Assembly (NCBI GenBank): GCA_004431415.1
Contig: QPMI01000049.1
Span: 248,001 to 312,000, forward strand
Direction of reading: 5' to 3'
DNA: 64,000 bases
DNA from: Cyanophora paradoxa CCMP329
Lineage: Eukaryota > Plantae > Glaucophyta
Shown here: one piece after another, positions 11,371 to 21,308 of the stretch
Layout of the letters: every line of letters begins with the position of its first letter
Position numbering within the stretch: position 1 is the stretch's first letter
Program-made: the position numbers and the translations under genes
Notes under the pieces: model-generated
Databases searched by the model: none
What the model was told of the DNA's origin: nothing
Seen by the model: only the letters and a program-made list of their open reading frames with translations

Positions 11371-13438
11371 AAGGAAGTACCTGCGCCACCCCAAAGCTCA
11401 GGCGGAGTACGGCGGGGGCGGAGGAGCCGGGGCGGGGCCGGGGCGGGCCGGTCGTGGGTGATGGTGACGACGGTGCCCTTGAAGTCCTGCGGGGGGCGGG
11501 GGCGCGGGGCGCGGGGCGGGGCGCGGGGGGCGGGGGTGAGCATCGGGGCGAGATTTCCAGCGCCGAGGGCAGCGCGGGTGGGCGAGCGCGCTCGAGTTCC
11601 CCTCTTCTAGTCCTCTGCTGCTCTTCTAGAGCCGCTCTAGCGTTCGAGCACGCGGACCGCTCCTCCAGCGCTACCCTTCTTCTTCTAAGGGGGCGGCGGG
11701 GGAGGATGCGGACCTGGAGGAACTTCTCGAGCCACGCCACCGACTCCGCGTCTGGCGGGGGGGCGGGCCGTCAGGGGCGGGGCGCGAAGCTTGTCTCTCT
11801 GAGGAGGGGGGCCGGGGGCGGCACCGAGGTGGTTCGTTGGCTCGTCCAGCAGCAGCATGTCGTTGTTCTCCAGCAGCAGCCGGCACAGCGCAACGCGCCT
11901 GCGCATAGGAGGCGCTTAAGAATCTCAGCCACGAGCTGGAGCTCGGCTGGGGCGCAAGGATGGGTGCGTTAGCGCGCGCGCCTCTTCTCTCCTCCGGAGA
12001 TGACGCTCACGTCGGCGTCAGGCGGCGGGCAGCGCAGGGCCTGCGGGGGGGTGCGCTTAAGGGGTGGGGGAGGAGAGCGGGGGGGGGGGGGGGGGGTACA
12101 CTCGCCTCCATGGCCATCTCGAGGGTGCGGTCGATCTCCCACCCGTTCTTCGCCTCGATCTCGTCCTGGGGAGTACCGAGTGTTCGGGGCGGGAGGGGGA
12201 GAAGCCCGGGAGGGGTACGGTGCGCCGGCACCTGGAGACGAGCGAACTCGGACGAAACTTTCTCCATCTCCTCGTCGCTCATCGGCTCCCCCAGCTTCAG
12301 GCTCACCTCCTGGGAGACGGACGGGGGTACGAGAATTGAGGGAGGGGGTTCAGGCGTCGGCGGACGGGGGTACGCTCGCCTCGAAGCGGCGCAGGAGCGC
12401 CTTGACGTCCTCCACGGCCGGGAGGATGTTCTGCGGGGGGTATCGGATTCCATCTGGGTGGGAGAAGGAGAGCGGGGGGGGTACGGGACGGGACCTCGAG
12501 GACGGTCTTGCCGGCGGTGAGCTCGGGCTCCTGGGCGAGGTACCCGATCTTCGTGCCGGGGAGGGGCTTCGCCTGCGGGGGGTACGGTCGACCCGGGCCG
12601 GGGACCCGGAGCGAGGAGGGGGTACAGGCGCACCGTGCCCTGGACCTCATCGTCGAGGCCTGTAAAGGTCTCGCGGTCAGGCGGGCGCGGGGACGGGGAC
12701 GGGGCGGTCGCGGCGGGGCGGACCCGCCATGATCTGCACGAAAGTCGTAAGATCAGGCGGGACGGGACGCGGTGCGCGAGCCGGGCGGGCGGGCGGGCTC
12801 GCCTTCAGGAGCGTCGACTTGCCGCTGCCGTTCGAGCCGATGACGCCGATCTTGGCGCCCTGCGCGCGGTACCGCCCGTCAGGAGAGATCGAAAGAGCCC
12901 GGGCGGCCGCGGCGCGGCCGGAAGGGCGGGCGCACCGGGTAGAAGCAGAGGTTGATGTTCTTCAGCACATCCTTACCGCCCGGAAGCACCTTGGACATCT
13001 TGTACATCTGCGCGGCCGCGTTCACGCCGGATCGGAGCGCGAGGTCTACAAGGGCTCGCCTCGTAGATGTACTTCCGGCTCATCTCGGAGCCGCCGCCGC
13101 CACCGCCACCACCGCTCTGCGGCGAGGCGAAGGAAAGCTCGGGAATCGCCCCGCGAGGCGCCCGGCTCCCGCAGCTAAGCGCGACGTACGGCACGCTTGG
13201 CGGCCTTGCCCGAGACTTTCTTCGCCATGTGGATCGCTCCAGCGTTCTGCACCGTCCCGACGAGGGGAGACACGGCGAACGAGCGGCCAGTCGCCGCGGC
13301 CCCGCTAAAGAAGGCGGAACGGAGCGTGCGGCTAGCGATCGCCGGACGGGCGATCGCGGCCGTGCAACTGGCTCCAGACGCGACCTTCGGCGCGCCCGGG
13401 GCGAGCCGGGGCGCTGGGAGCGGAGCTACGAACGCCAT
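8396..13438 (-). CDS. ettA: Energy-dependent translational throttle EttA (ABC-F ATPase), nuclear-encoded with a plastid transit peptide; about 31 exons
   Basis: Spliced peptide includes [158 protein letters not shown] and [23 protein letters not shown]-terminus [11 protein letters not shown].. is Ala/Ser/Arg-rich. Confidence 0.95.
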
Positions 13439-13504
13439 CCCGATTCTTTGAGAACTGGTCGGCGAGGGTGTCGAACCCGGGCCATATTGGACCAAGAGAA
13501 GAAG
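13439..13504. promoter_or_regulatory. Putative bidirectional promoter, 66 nt between the ettA and TIMP-like start codons
   Basis: CAT at 13436-13438 and ATG at 13505-13507 are divergent. Confidence 0.55.
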
Positions 13505-14809
13505 ATGTGCGGTCCGCGCCTGCTCCTCGCCCTGCTGGTGGCAGCTTGCACCGCCCTTGCTCCGGGCGCGCAGGGCTGCTCCTGCTGTCCGCCCGCCCGC
13601 TCCGCGCGCGCGTGCCGTGCGCCCGGAATCAATCAGCTAAACCCGCATCGCGCAGTCGCTCCAGCGACGCTGACAGCCTCTTACTACGCTTCCTCGCACG
13701 TCTTTGTTGCGGACATCCTCGCCGCACGGCCCGCACCGCCGGACGCGACGGACCTGGACTTCGACGGTTCTCGCTATATTGATTTGGCGCCGAGCGGGCC
13801 GGGAAATGGCGCTGATGTCTGAGTACGCAGCGCGCGTGGTCGAGCTCTACAAGGGGCCTACGTCCCCCGCGCTCAAGGGCCGGCGCGTCACAGTGACGAC
13901 CTCCGCGAGCTCCGCCGCCTGCGGCGTCGAACTGAAGGTCCGCTAGCGCTCGCCTCGAGGAGAAGTCGATTCCGACGCCTGATCCTGATCCCCGCGCGCG
14001 CGCTCGCGCTCGCGCAGGCGGGGAAGCCGTACCTGCTCTCCGCGTCCGCCGCCTCGCCCTTCGTGTTCCGCGTCGAGCTGTGCCAGGTCAACGTGCCGGC
14101 GGAGTTCGTCTCGCCCTGCGGGTGGACGTGCGTCTAGATCCGAATCCCTGAAGCGAGTCCTCGCCTCACGATCACTCGCCCCTGCGCACGCGCAGGTACC
14201 TGCGGTCCCGGTGGGCCGCGGCCTGCAGATAGAATTCGGACCGGGTCTAGATCTGCTTTTCAGACCGACAAGCTTCCGCAGATCGGTGTGCAACGGGACC
14301 GCGGAGGAGTGCGGCTACTCGACGGACTCGGCCGCCTGCACCGCGCCGGGCTGCCTCCGCGCCTGCGCCGTCCTCCCGCCCGCCAACTGCGTTGCCGACC
14401 CCTGCGAGTGCGTCCCGCATTATGCCTTAGCGTCGGCTTCTGACTGACTTCTCTTGCTCTTCTTAGACAGGCGCAGGAGTGCCGGGATCCCGTTCCGACT
14501 CCGGCGGCGCCGGCGCCCTCGGATCTCGAGGGCGCGGCGGTGTGCGAGGGGAACCCCTGCGGGGCGTGCCGCGCCGAGCGCTACGGCCCGGCGCCGGCGC
14601 GGGCCCCGCTCTGCAGCGGGCAGTGGCTCGGCTGCCGCCTCGGCTCGGGACTGCTGGAGGCGCCGGCGCCCGGCGGCGGCCCCTTCTCCGCCTCCGCCCC
14701 GGCGCCCCGCCCGTCATCGACGTGCCCCCGGAGCCGTCGGCGCCCGCGGCCGCGGGGCCGGCCCGGGCCCTCGCTTAGCTATGTGCAGCTATGTGAGATT
14801 GCAAGTTGA
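13505..14809 (+). CDS. Secreted TIMP/NTR-like protein with Cys-rich C-terminal region
   Basis: Signal peptide MCGPRLLLALLVAACTALAPGAQG followed by CSC; then HVFVADI, YAARVVELYKG, TSASSAACGVEL, GKPYLL and RVELC, matching the TIMP N-domain pattern. Later exons are Cys-rich (CVADPC, CEGNPCGAC). Confidence 0.7.
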
Positions 14810-15055
14810 GCTCCTCCGCCGAACGTCAACCCCGGTATTATTCATCGACGTCGACCCTTGCTCGCGGAGCAAGGGTGGCCTTGGCTTGGCCCAGTGGCTC
14901 TCCCCCACCCCTCCCGCCTGGCCTTCTCTTTTCCTAGGGCCAGGGGTGCCCTGGAGCCAACGCCTGCAACCTGTGCATATGCGCGCGCGTGCATTTACAG
15001 TCCCTGTCTAAGACAGCAGCTCGAGTCCAGTAGCTATGGACCCCTCGAGGCCAGC

Positions 15056-17026
15056 TCATCGCCGGTCGCGCCCCGATCCGGAATCGCTGCGGGCCTTGGC
15101 GCGGATGGCCTCCAGCTTCTCCACTACCCCCTTCATGTCCTGCACGGTACCCCTCAAAAACGGGGGTGAGGGGGGGAAGGGGCGGTGCGGACCGCAAGGG
15201 GGTACGCGCTTGCGCCCTCCCTCCAGATTCGCCTGCACGGGGGCGAGTCGGCCGGCGCCCGGCCCGAAATCAATCATGAATCGAAGAGAAGGGGTACGGC
15301 GCACCCGGCGTTCACGGACATCTCTCGGAACCCCAGAAGGGTCGGCTCGCCGTCCTCGGGACGCCACGGCTGGCTGACGAGCCGAAGAGTGAGGAAAAGG
15401 GGAGGGAAAAGGGAAAAGGGAGGGGGGGGGGTAGGGGCGCACGCCATGGACGCGTACGCGATCGCCAGGGGGTACGTCAGCACGTACGCCATCGCTGTCC
15501 TGCGGCGTACCCCCGTCACACAGGCTCCGGGAAGAATCGCGTACCCCCGCACCGCACGACCCAGGTCTGGAAGCCTGCCGAAATCGAGTCCCCCGCCAGA
15601 AGGGCCCGCTCGAGGGCGTCGTCTCCTAGGAGGCCCAGGATCGCCGCCTGTACCCCTTGTCAGGGGGGCAATGCGGGCCTGTGAGGGGGGGTACCTTGCT
15701 CGCGAGGTAGAGTGCGGCCGAGGCGACGGGTACGGCGGCGCGCGCGACGGCCTTTCGCTTCCTGAAACGCTCCGCAAAGACCTCGGCCATTCCGATGCGG
15801 GACTGGCAGGGGTACATGGTTCGAGGGGGGTACGGGATTTGTGAAGCGGGGGTGGGGCGCACGGCGGGAAGGCGCGTCCAGTAGAGGAGCGTCTCGCCTG
15901 CGAGCGGGGAGTCCCGGCCGCTCTCCTGGGGTGCGGCGTCAGAATGCCGGAGCTATTTCGGGCGGCGGGAGGGGTACCACGAGGGCGAGGAGGCAGGTGA
16001 GCAGGTCGGCGTCGCGGGGGTCGGCGGGCAGCGGCGCGGGCCGCTCCAGCTCTCCGATGGCGGCGGCCACGTCCGCCCGGACCGGCGCGGCGCCCGCCTC
16101 GAGCCGCGAGCGCAGCTCTGCGCCCAGCGCCGCGCGGCGGGCCGCGAGCCGCGCCGCGGCCTCCCTCTCCGCCCCGCGCATGCCCTCCAGCCGGCCCCGC
16201 GCGATCGAAAGATCGATGGGGATGTCCGCCTCGGGGTCCCCCGCAGCCTCGGCCGCCCACGCGCCTTCCAGCTCCTGCTCTTGCGTGAGGAGCGCGCGGC
16301 GCGCGCGTGCGGCACGAGACGCGGCGCGGCGCACCCGCTCGAACTCGTCGAGTTGCATGCGCGAGACGGCGAAGTACGCGTCGAGGCAGCGGAAGCTCGT
16401 GGCGACTGCCCTGATCTCCTGCGGCGGCGGTCGTGAGCAAGTCAAGAAGCGGACGGCGGGCCGGGCGGCCGCGGCGGGGCGGGGGCGATGGGACGTGCCT
16501 GCGCGAGCTCGCCTGGCTTGCCGCTGAGAGCGGCTTCGCTGACGGCGATATGAGGACAAGCAGGATCCTGGTCCAAACCGACCGCAGCCGCCAGCGCCCC
16601 GTATTCCAAGTCCTTCTTCTCGATGACCTCGCCCCATCCCGAGACGCCGAGCTGCGTCGTCGACGGCTTCGTCGCTTCCGCTGCATCATCAGAGCGCTGT
16701 CCCGAGTCGCTGGCCATGGCCCGTGGCGCCGGCGTTCGTGCCGCGGCCGCGTCGCTGGCCCATGGCCATGGCGTACGCGTACGTCCCGCCGCCGCCGGCC
16801 GCCCGCATCGCAGCGCGGCACCTCGGGAGAAGCCTAGCCGCCGGCCGTCGCACTGGTTCGAATCGTACGAAAGGCCGGCGGCGCCGAATCGCCGAACAGC
16901 TGTCCGCCCCGCCCTAAGGTGCGGCCGCGGCGCGGGGCTGGAGACGTCGACCAGGGCGCAGGCGCGCCATTCGTTATGCAGGGCCGGCGGCCGCTGCGGC
17001 GGGGCTGCAGCGGCGACCTGGAACAT
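15056..17026 (-). CDS. Multi-exon hypothetical protein (coiled coil plus hydrophobic segments), possibly organelle-targeted
   Basis: ATG at 17026 (MFQVAAAAPP.., Ala/Arg-rich leader). Exons EIRAVATSFRCLDAYFAVSRMQLDEFERV.., AVARAAVPVASAALYLASK, TAMAYVLTYPLAIAYASMA and GTVQDMKGVVEKLEAIRAK..*. Confidence 0.6.
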
Positions 17027-17463
17027 CTTCAGAGCCCAGTACCCCCCAAGACCAGACTTGAGGGAGACTTCCAAGTTCGAATTCGAATTCGCAATTGCAA
17101 TTGAAATTTCCAAACTGCGCATGCCGGGCGCGTGCGCCGCCTTAGATTAGCACGGCGAGGGGCCAGCTCGAAGACTGTAGACTGTAGACTGGCCCATTAA
17201 TATTGTGCCGGCCCATCGACTCGGCGATATCATGGCATGCGGACTCCAGCGCGGCGTTAGCTGGGATCCGGGAAGGCCTACGTATACGACCTGAACTCCG
17301 GGAGATCCACTTAGCTTCATCCACTTCCAGAGGGCCTCGCATACGCCGCGGCGCTTCAATATTAATGATTTGCATGCCATGATGGATTCACTGACTCGTA
17401 CGCTGGGCCTGGGGCCCTCCTTCGATGAGAGCATATGTACAGAGAGTCGACAGTGTTTATAGC

Positions 17464-19209
17464 CTAGAATTGGGAGGCATAGCCGTAGGGGCCAGGGGCG
17501 GGAGCGGGGGCGGGGGACGCCGCGACCGGGCCGCCGAGAAAGAAGAAGAGGGCGAACGCGTTGGAGAGGATCTCGAGCGAGAATGAGGCGAGGAGGAGGG
17601 CCGGCGCCGAGGCGAGGGACACGGCCGCGTAGCGGCGCGCGAAGTCCCCGTACGCCCACGCGACCGAGACCTGGTCAGATCAGATCAGATCAGATCAGGT
17701 CAGATCTGATCGGATCGGATCAGATCAGATGAGGACGGACCACGGTGGCGATGACTGCGGCGAAAATGCGGCGGAGGGTCGCCTGGTCGGCGCGCCAGCC
17801 GCCGACCAGCACGCACGCGTTCACCGCGATGATCAGGACGGCCGCCAGGCGGACGAAGAGCACCGTCGGCTGCGGGTCGACCCCATCGGTCCGAAGCTAA
17901 GTTGATACTATAGAATACTAGGATAGATAGATAGATAGATAGAGTAAAAGGTACTAGCTATAGGATAAACTAAGACGCTAGGATAGAATTGGAAGGGCGG
18001 ACGGCGAGCGTGTAGAGGGGCTCTGCGGCCGTCCCGACGAAGCCCGGCATGGCGAACTTGGCGTACTCCACGGGCCAGAGCAGCGCCACGAGCTTGACCA
18101 GCATCCAGAGGGCCGGCTTCGCGACGAGGAACACGACCTGGCCCCAGCGTTGGTGGGGGGCGGAGGGGCGGGGGGTACGGTGCCGGCGGCGCACGGTGAA
18201 GATGTCCCAGGGGCGCTTGGCGGGGGCCTGGGGCTGCACGGGGGCCTGCCCCGACCAGTAGCGCCAGCCGAAGAAGGCGGACAGGAGGAGCGTGAGCACG
18301 TGCATGAACAGGAAGAGCGCCGGGCCTGCGCGGCGGGGCGCGTCAATGGAAGTCACTGGAAAGGGTGGGGTGGGGGGGTACCGAAGGCGAAGGGGGGGTT
18401 GTACTTGTGGTGGAAGAGGCCGTAGGCGACGACCGTGACGAGGGCGCTGCCCGCGGAGATGAGGCCCAGCAGCAGCCCGGCGGTCTGCGGCGCGGGCGGG
18501 CGCGCGGGCGGGCGGGCGGTGGTCTCTCAGAAAGTCCCGAGGATGGCGCTTTCGAGGGGGTTGCGCGGCGGAGCGCACGCGGCCGTCGCCGGCGCTCACG
18601 GCGCGGCGGAGCGAGATGTAGAGCAAGGCGACCACCGACACGACTGAGCGCGGCGCGGGAGCGCGGTCGGTCGCCAAGAAGGGGGGCAGGATCTAGAGGG
18701 AGCGCGGCAGGCACAGAGCGCGCTGCGGGGCGTGCACGCACGGGCGATGCCATAGAGTTGCACGTTCAGCTCGTTCACTGCTCCGACGGCCGGACCGCGG
18801 TCAGCTTGAGCGCAAAGGCAGCGATCTAGATCTAGATCGATATCTAGATCTAGAGCTAGCCTGACCGGTCGGGCGGCCGGGGCCGGGCCGCCAGGGCGCG
18901 TACGCGGCTCATTGAGGATTCGGACGCACGTGGATCCCCGATGTAAACCTTCTCGTCCAGCCCCGGCGTCACGAAGTTCTCCGCCCACCAGGGCGCCAGG
19001 AGGAACCAAGAGCCCAGCGCGAAGAACCTGCGATCGGAGGCGTCAGCCGTTGCTAACGGCAGCCGCGGCGGTTACTAACTGCCGTCGCAGCCGTTAGCCT
19101 AGGCCGACCGCGCCGGCGCGGGCAGGCCGCCTCTATACTTTGATCGGTTCGGCGTGACGCACGCGATAGGACTGCAAAACAGAAAGTACACGTCGAAGAG
19201 GGATGCCAT
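17464..19209 (-). CDS. Unknown multi-pass membrane protein, family member A
   Basis: Spliced MASLFDVYFLFCSPIA/WFFALGSWFLLAPWWAENFVTPGLDEKVYIGDP/../WRYWSGQAPVQPQAP../..GPYGYASQF*. Most intron positions are shared with member B. Confidence 0.8.
17676..17730. repeat. Intronic (CAGAT/ATCTG)n pentamer repeat
   Basis: cagatcagatcagatcagatcaggtcagatctgatcggatcggatcagatcagat fills most of one intron. Confidence 0.85.
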
Positions 19210-19308
19210 CTCGATTCGCAGATCCGAGCTCGACGCCGCGAGCTAAAGCTACTTGCGGCGAGACCAGAGGCTGTGTACCCCATTCGTAAGATTCCCCCTC
19301 CAGGAACG
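19210..19308. promoter_or_regulatory. Putative bidirectional promoter, 99 nt between the two paralogous membrane genes
   Basis: CAT at 19207-19209 and ATG at 19309-19311. Confidence 0.55.
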
Positions 19309-21006
19309 ATGGCCGCCCTGAGGTTCTCGCTCTTCGACGTCTTTTACTTCTTCCTGAACCCTTTCGGGTGCGCCGATCGAAAGCCCGGCCGGCGAACCCG
19401 CGGCGAACCGCGGGCGGTTCAAAGTCGGTGGCCTAACCGCCCGGCCCGACTCCGCGACTGCCCAGATGGTTCGTCCTCGGGAGCTGGGCCCTTCTCGCGC
19501 CGTACTGGGCGGAATCTTTCTTCGCCCCGGGCCTGGATTCGAAGGTCTACGAGAACGACCCGGTTCGTCGAGGACCTGGCCAGGGACGCTTCGAAACTGC
19601 CCTAGAGACACGATAGAGTCGCGTACGCGCAAATCGGAGGCACCCTGCGGCGTGCTAGGCCGGCGTCCGGCCGCCGGACCCGTTCGACCGGCCTCGCGTC
19701 ACGGAGTTCCCGCCACGGCCGGTCAACGGGCCCCGCCGGCTGATCGACGTCGCGTTCTCGAATGCGCAGCTCAATGAGTTCGTCGTCAAGCACTACGCGC
19801 TCGCCCGTGCGCGGCTCGCCTTCGGCCCTCGGTCTCGTCCGCCGCTGACGGGCACGCCCCGCCCCGCCCCGCAGTCCTCGTCGTTATCGTCGTCTTCACC
19901 GTGACCCTTCGCCGCGCCGCCGCCGCCGGCGACGCCCGCGTGCGTCCCGCCGTCCCGCCCGCTTCCGGCTCCCCGCCGACGAGCCCGCCCGCACGCCCGC
20001 CCTCAGACCACCTCGGCCCTCCTCGCCGCCGTCGGCGTGGCCAGCGCCGTCGCGACCGGCATCGTCTACGGCCTCTTCCACCGCTCGTACAACCCCTCCC
20101 TCGCCGTCGGTGAGCACGCGTACCCCCCCCGCCTCGATATAGTACCCCCCTAACCGCCCGCAGGCCCCTGCCTCGTGCTCTTCAACCTCGTCCTCCACGC
20201 CGCCCTCTCCGCCTTCTTCATCTGGCGCTACTGGAGCGGCCAGGCCCCCGTGCAGCCCCAGCCGGCCGGCTCCCGCCCCAACGACGTCTACACCGTGCGC
20301 CGTACCCCCCTTGGCCTTCCGCCCCCCCCCTTCCCCTTCTGACTGGGCGCCAGATCTTCTTCATCTACGTCAAGCCCGCCCTGTGCGCCTCGAGCTCGAG
20401 CTCCCCCCTCGTACCCCCCCCGGGCCGCCGCTCACCTGAGCCTGACGCGCCTCAGGTGGATGATCGTGAACGCGATCGCCCTCGTCTGGCCCCGGCAGGT
20501 CCTCCAGTGGGCCGTCCCGGCCTTCCTCGGCACCACCGCCGCCCCCATCTACGAGAACCCGGTACCCCATTTCCTCCCTCCGGCCCGATCCCCGCCGTTT
20601 TTGTTCTGAGCCCCGCACCTCCGCCACTGTACAGGCGACGATCTGCTACTTCCGCGTGGGATCGATCCTGGCGCTCGCGGCCTCGGCGTGCGTGCCCCTC
20701 GGCCTCGCCCGCGCCGACGCGGACACCACCCGCCGCTCCTTCGTCGCCAAGACCGCCTTCCTGGTGCCGTACCCCCTCTTCCCATCCGATTCGAATAATT
20801 CGAACGTTTGTACCCCTCAGATCGCGCTGATCTGGAACTACGGGAACATGCTGCGGCGGTACCCCGTGGCGTCGCTCGCCTCGGCGCCCGTCGTCGTGCT
20901 CGCCCTCCTCGTCGCCGACGCCCTCTCCAACGCCGCCCTCCTCCACGCCTCCGGCGCCTCCAAGTCCGCCCCCGCCGCCGGGCCCGCCCCCTACGCCTAC
21001 GCCTAG
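19309..21006 (+). CDS. Unknown multi-pass membrane protein, family member B
   Basis: Spliced MAALRFSLFDVFYFFLNPF/GWFVLGSWALLAPYWAESFFAPGLDSKVYENDP/LNEFVVKHYALA/../FFIWRYWSGQAPVQPQP../..GPAPYAYA*; clearly paralogous to member A. Confidence 0.8.
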
Positions 21007-21109
21007 GCGCCCCGGGCCCCCGCCCCGGCCCTGTAGTTGTGCGCTCTCCCTAGGACTGCGCCTTGAATCGAATCGGAACGATTTTTCGGTCGCTGCGGCG
21101 TGTGCAATT
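19880..21109 (+). repeat. 1.2-kb direct segmental duplication, copy 1 (copy 2 at 29582-30838)
   Basis: Near-identical exons, introns and 3' flank from GTCGTTATCGTCGTCTTCAC to GTGCAATT. Confidence 0.92.
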
Positions 21110-21308
21110 TGTCGCATGGCCCAGTGGCCCAGTGGCCCCTGGTGGGGCTGGTCGATTTTCTGTATACGTAGCTTGGTCGGCCGCGCATAGGCAAGGCCTT
21201 GCGCAGGCAGGCAAGCACAGTGCAGCCGCTTCAACAGTAAGAGCTAGCTAGAGCTCTCGAGCTCCGAGGCTCGCAGATCTATCTAAATATCGACTCCACA
21301 CGCTCTGA

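Noticed and set aside
8396-13438. Bacterial contamination suggested by ettA
   Set aside because: About 30 spliceosomal introns and a transit peptide show it is a nuclear gene.
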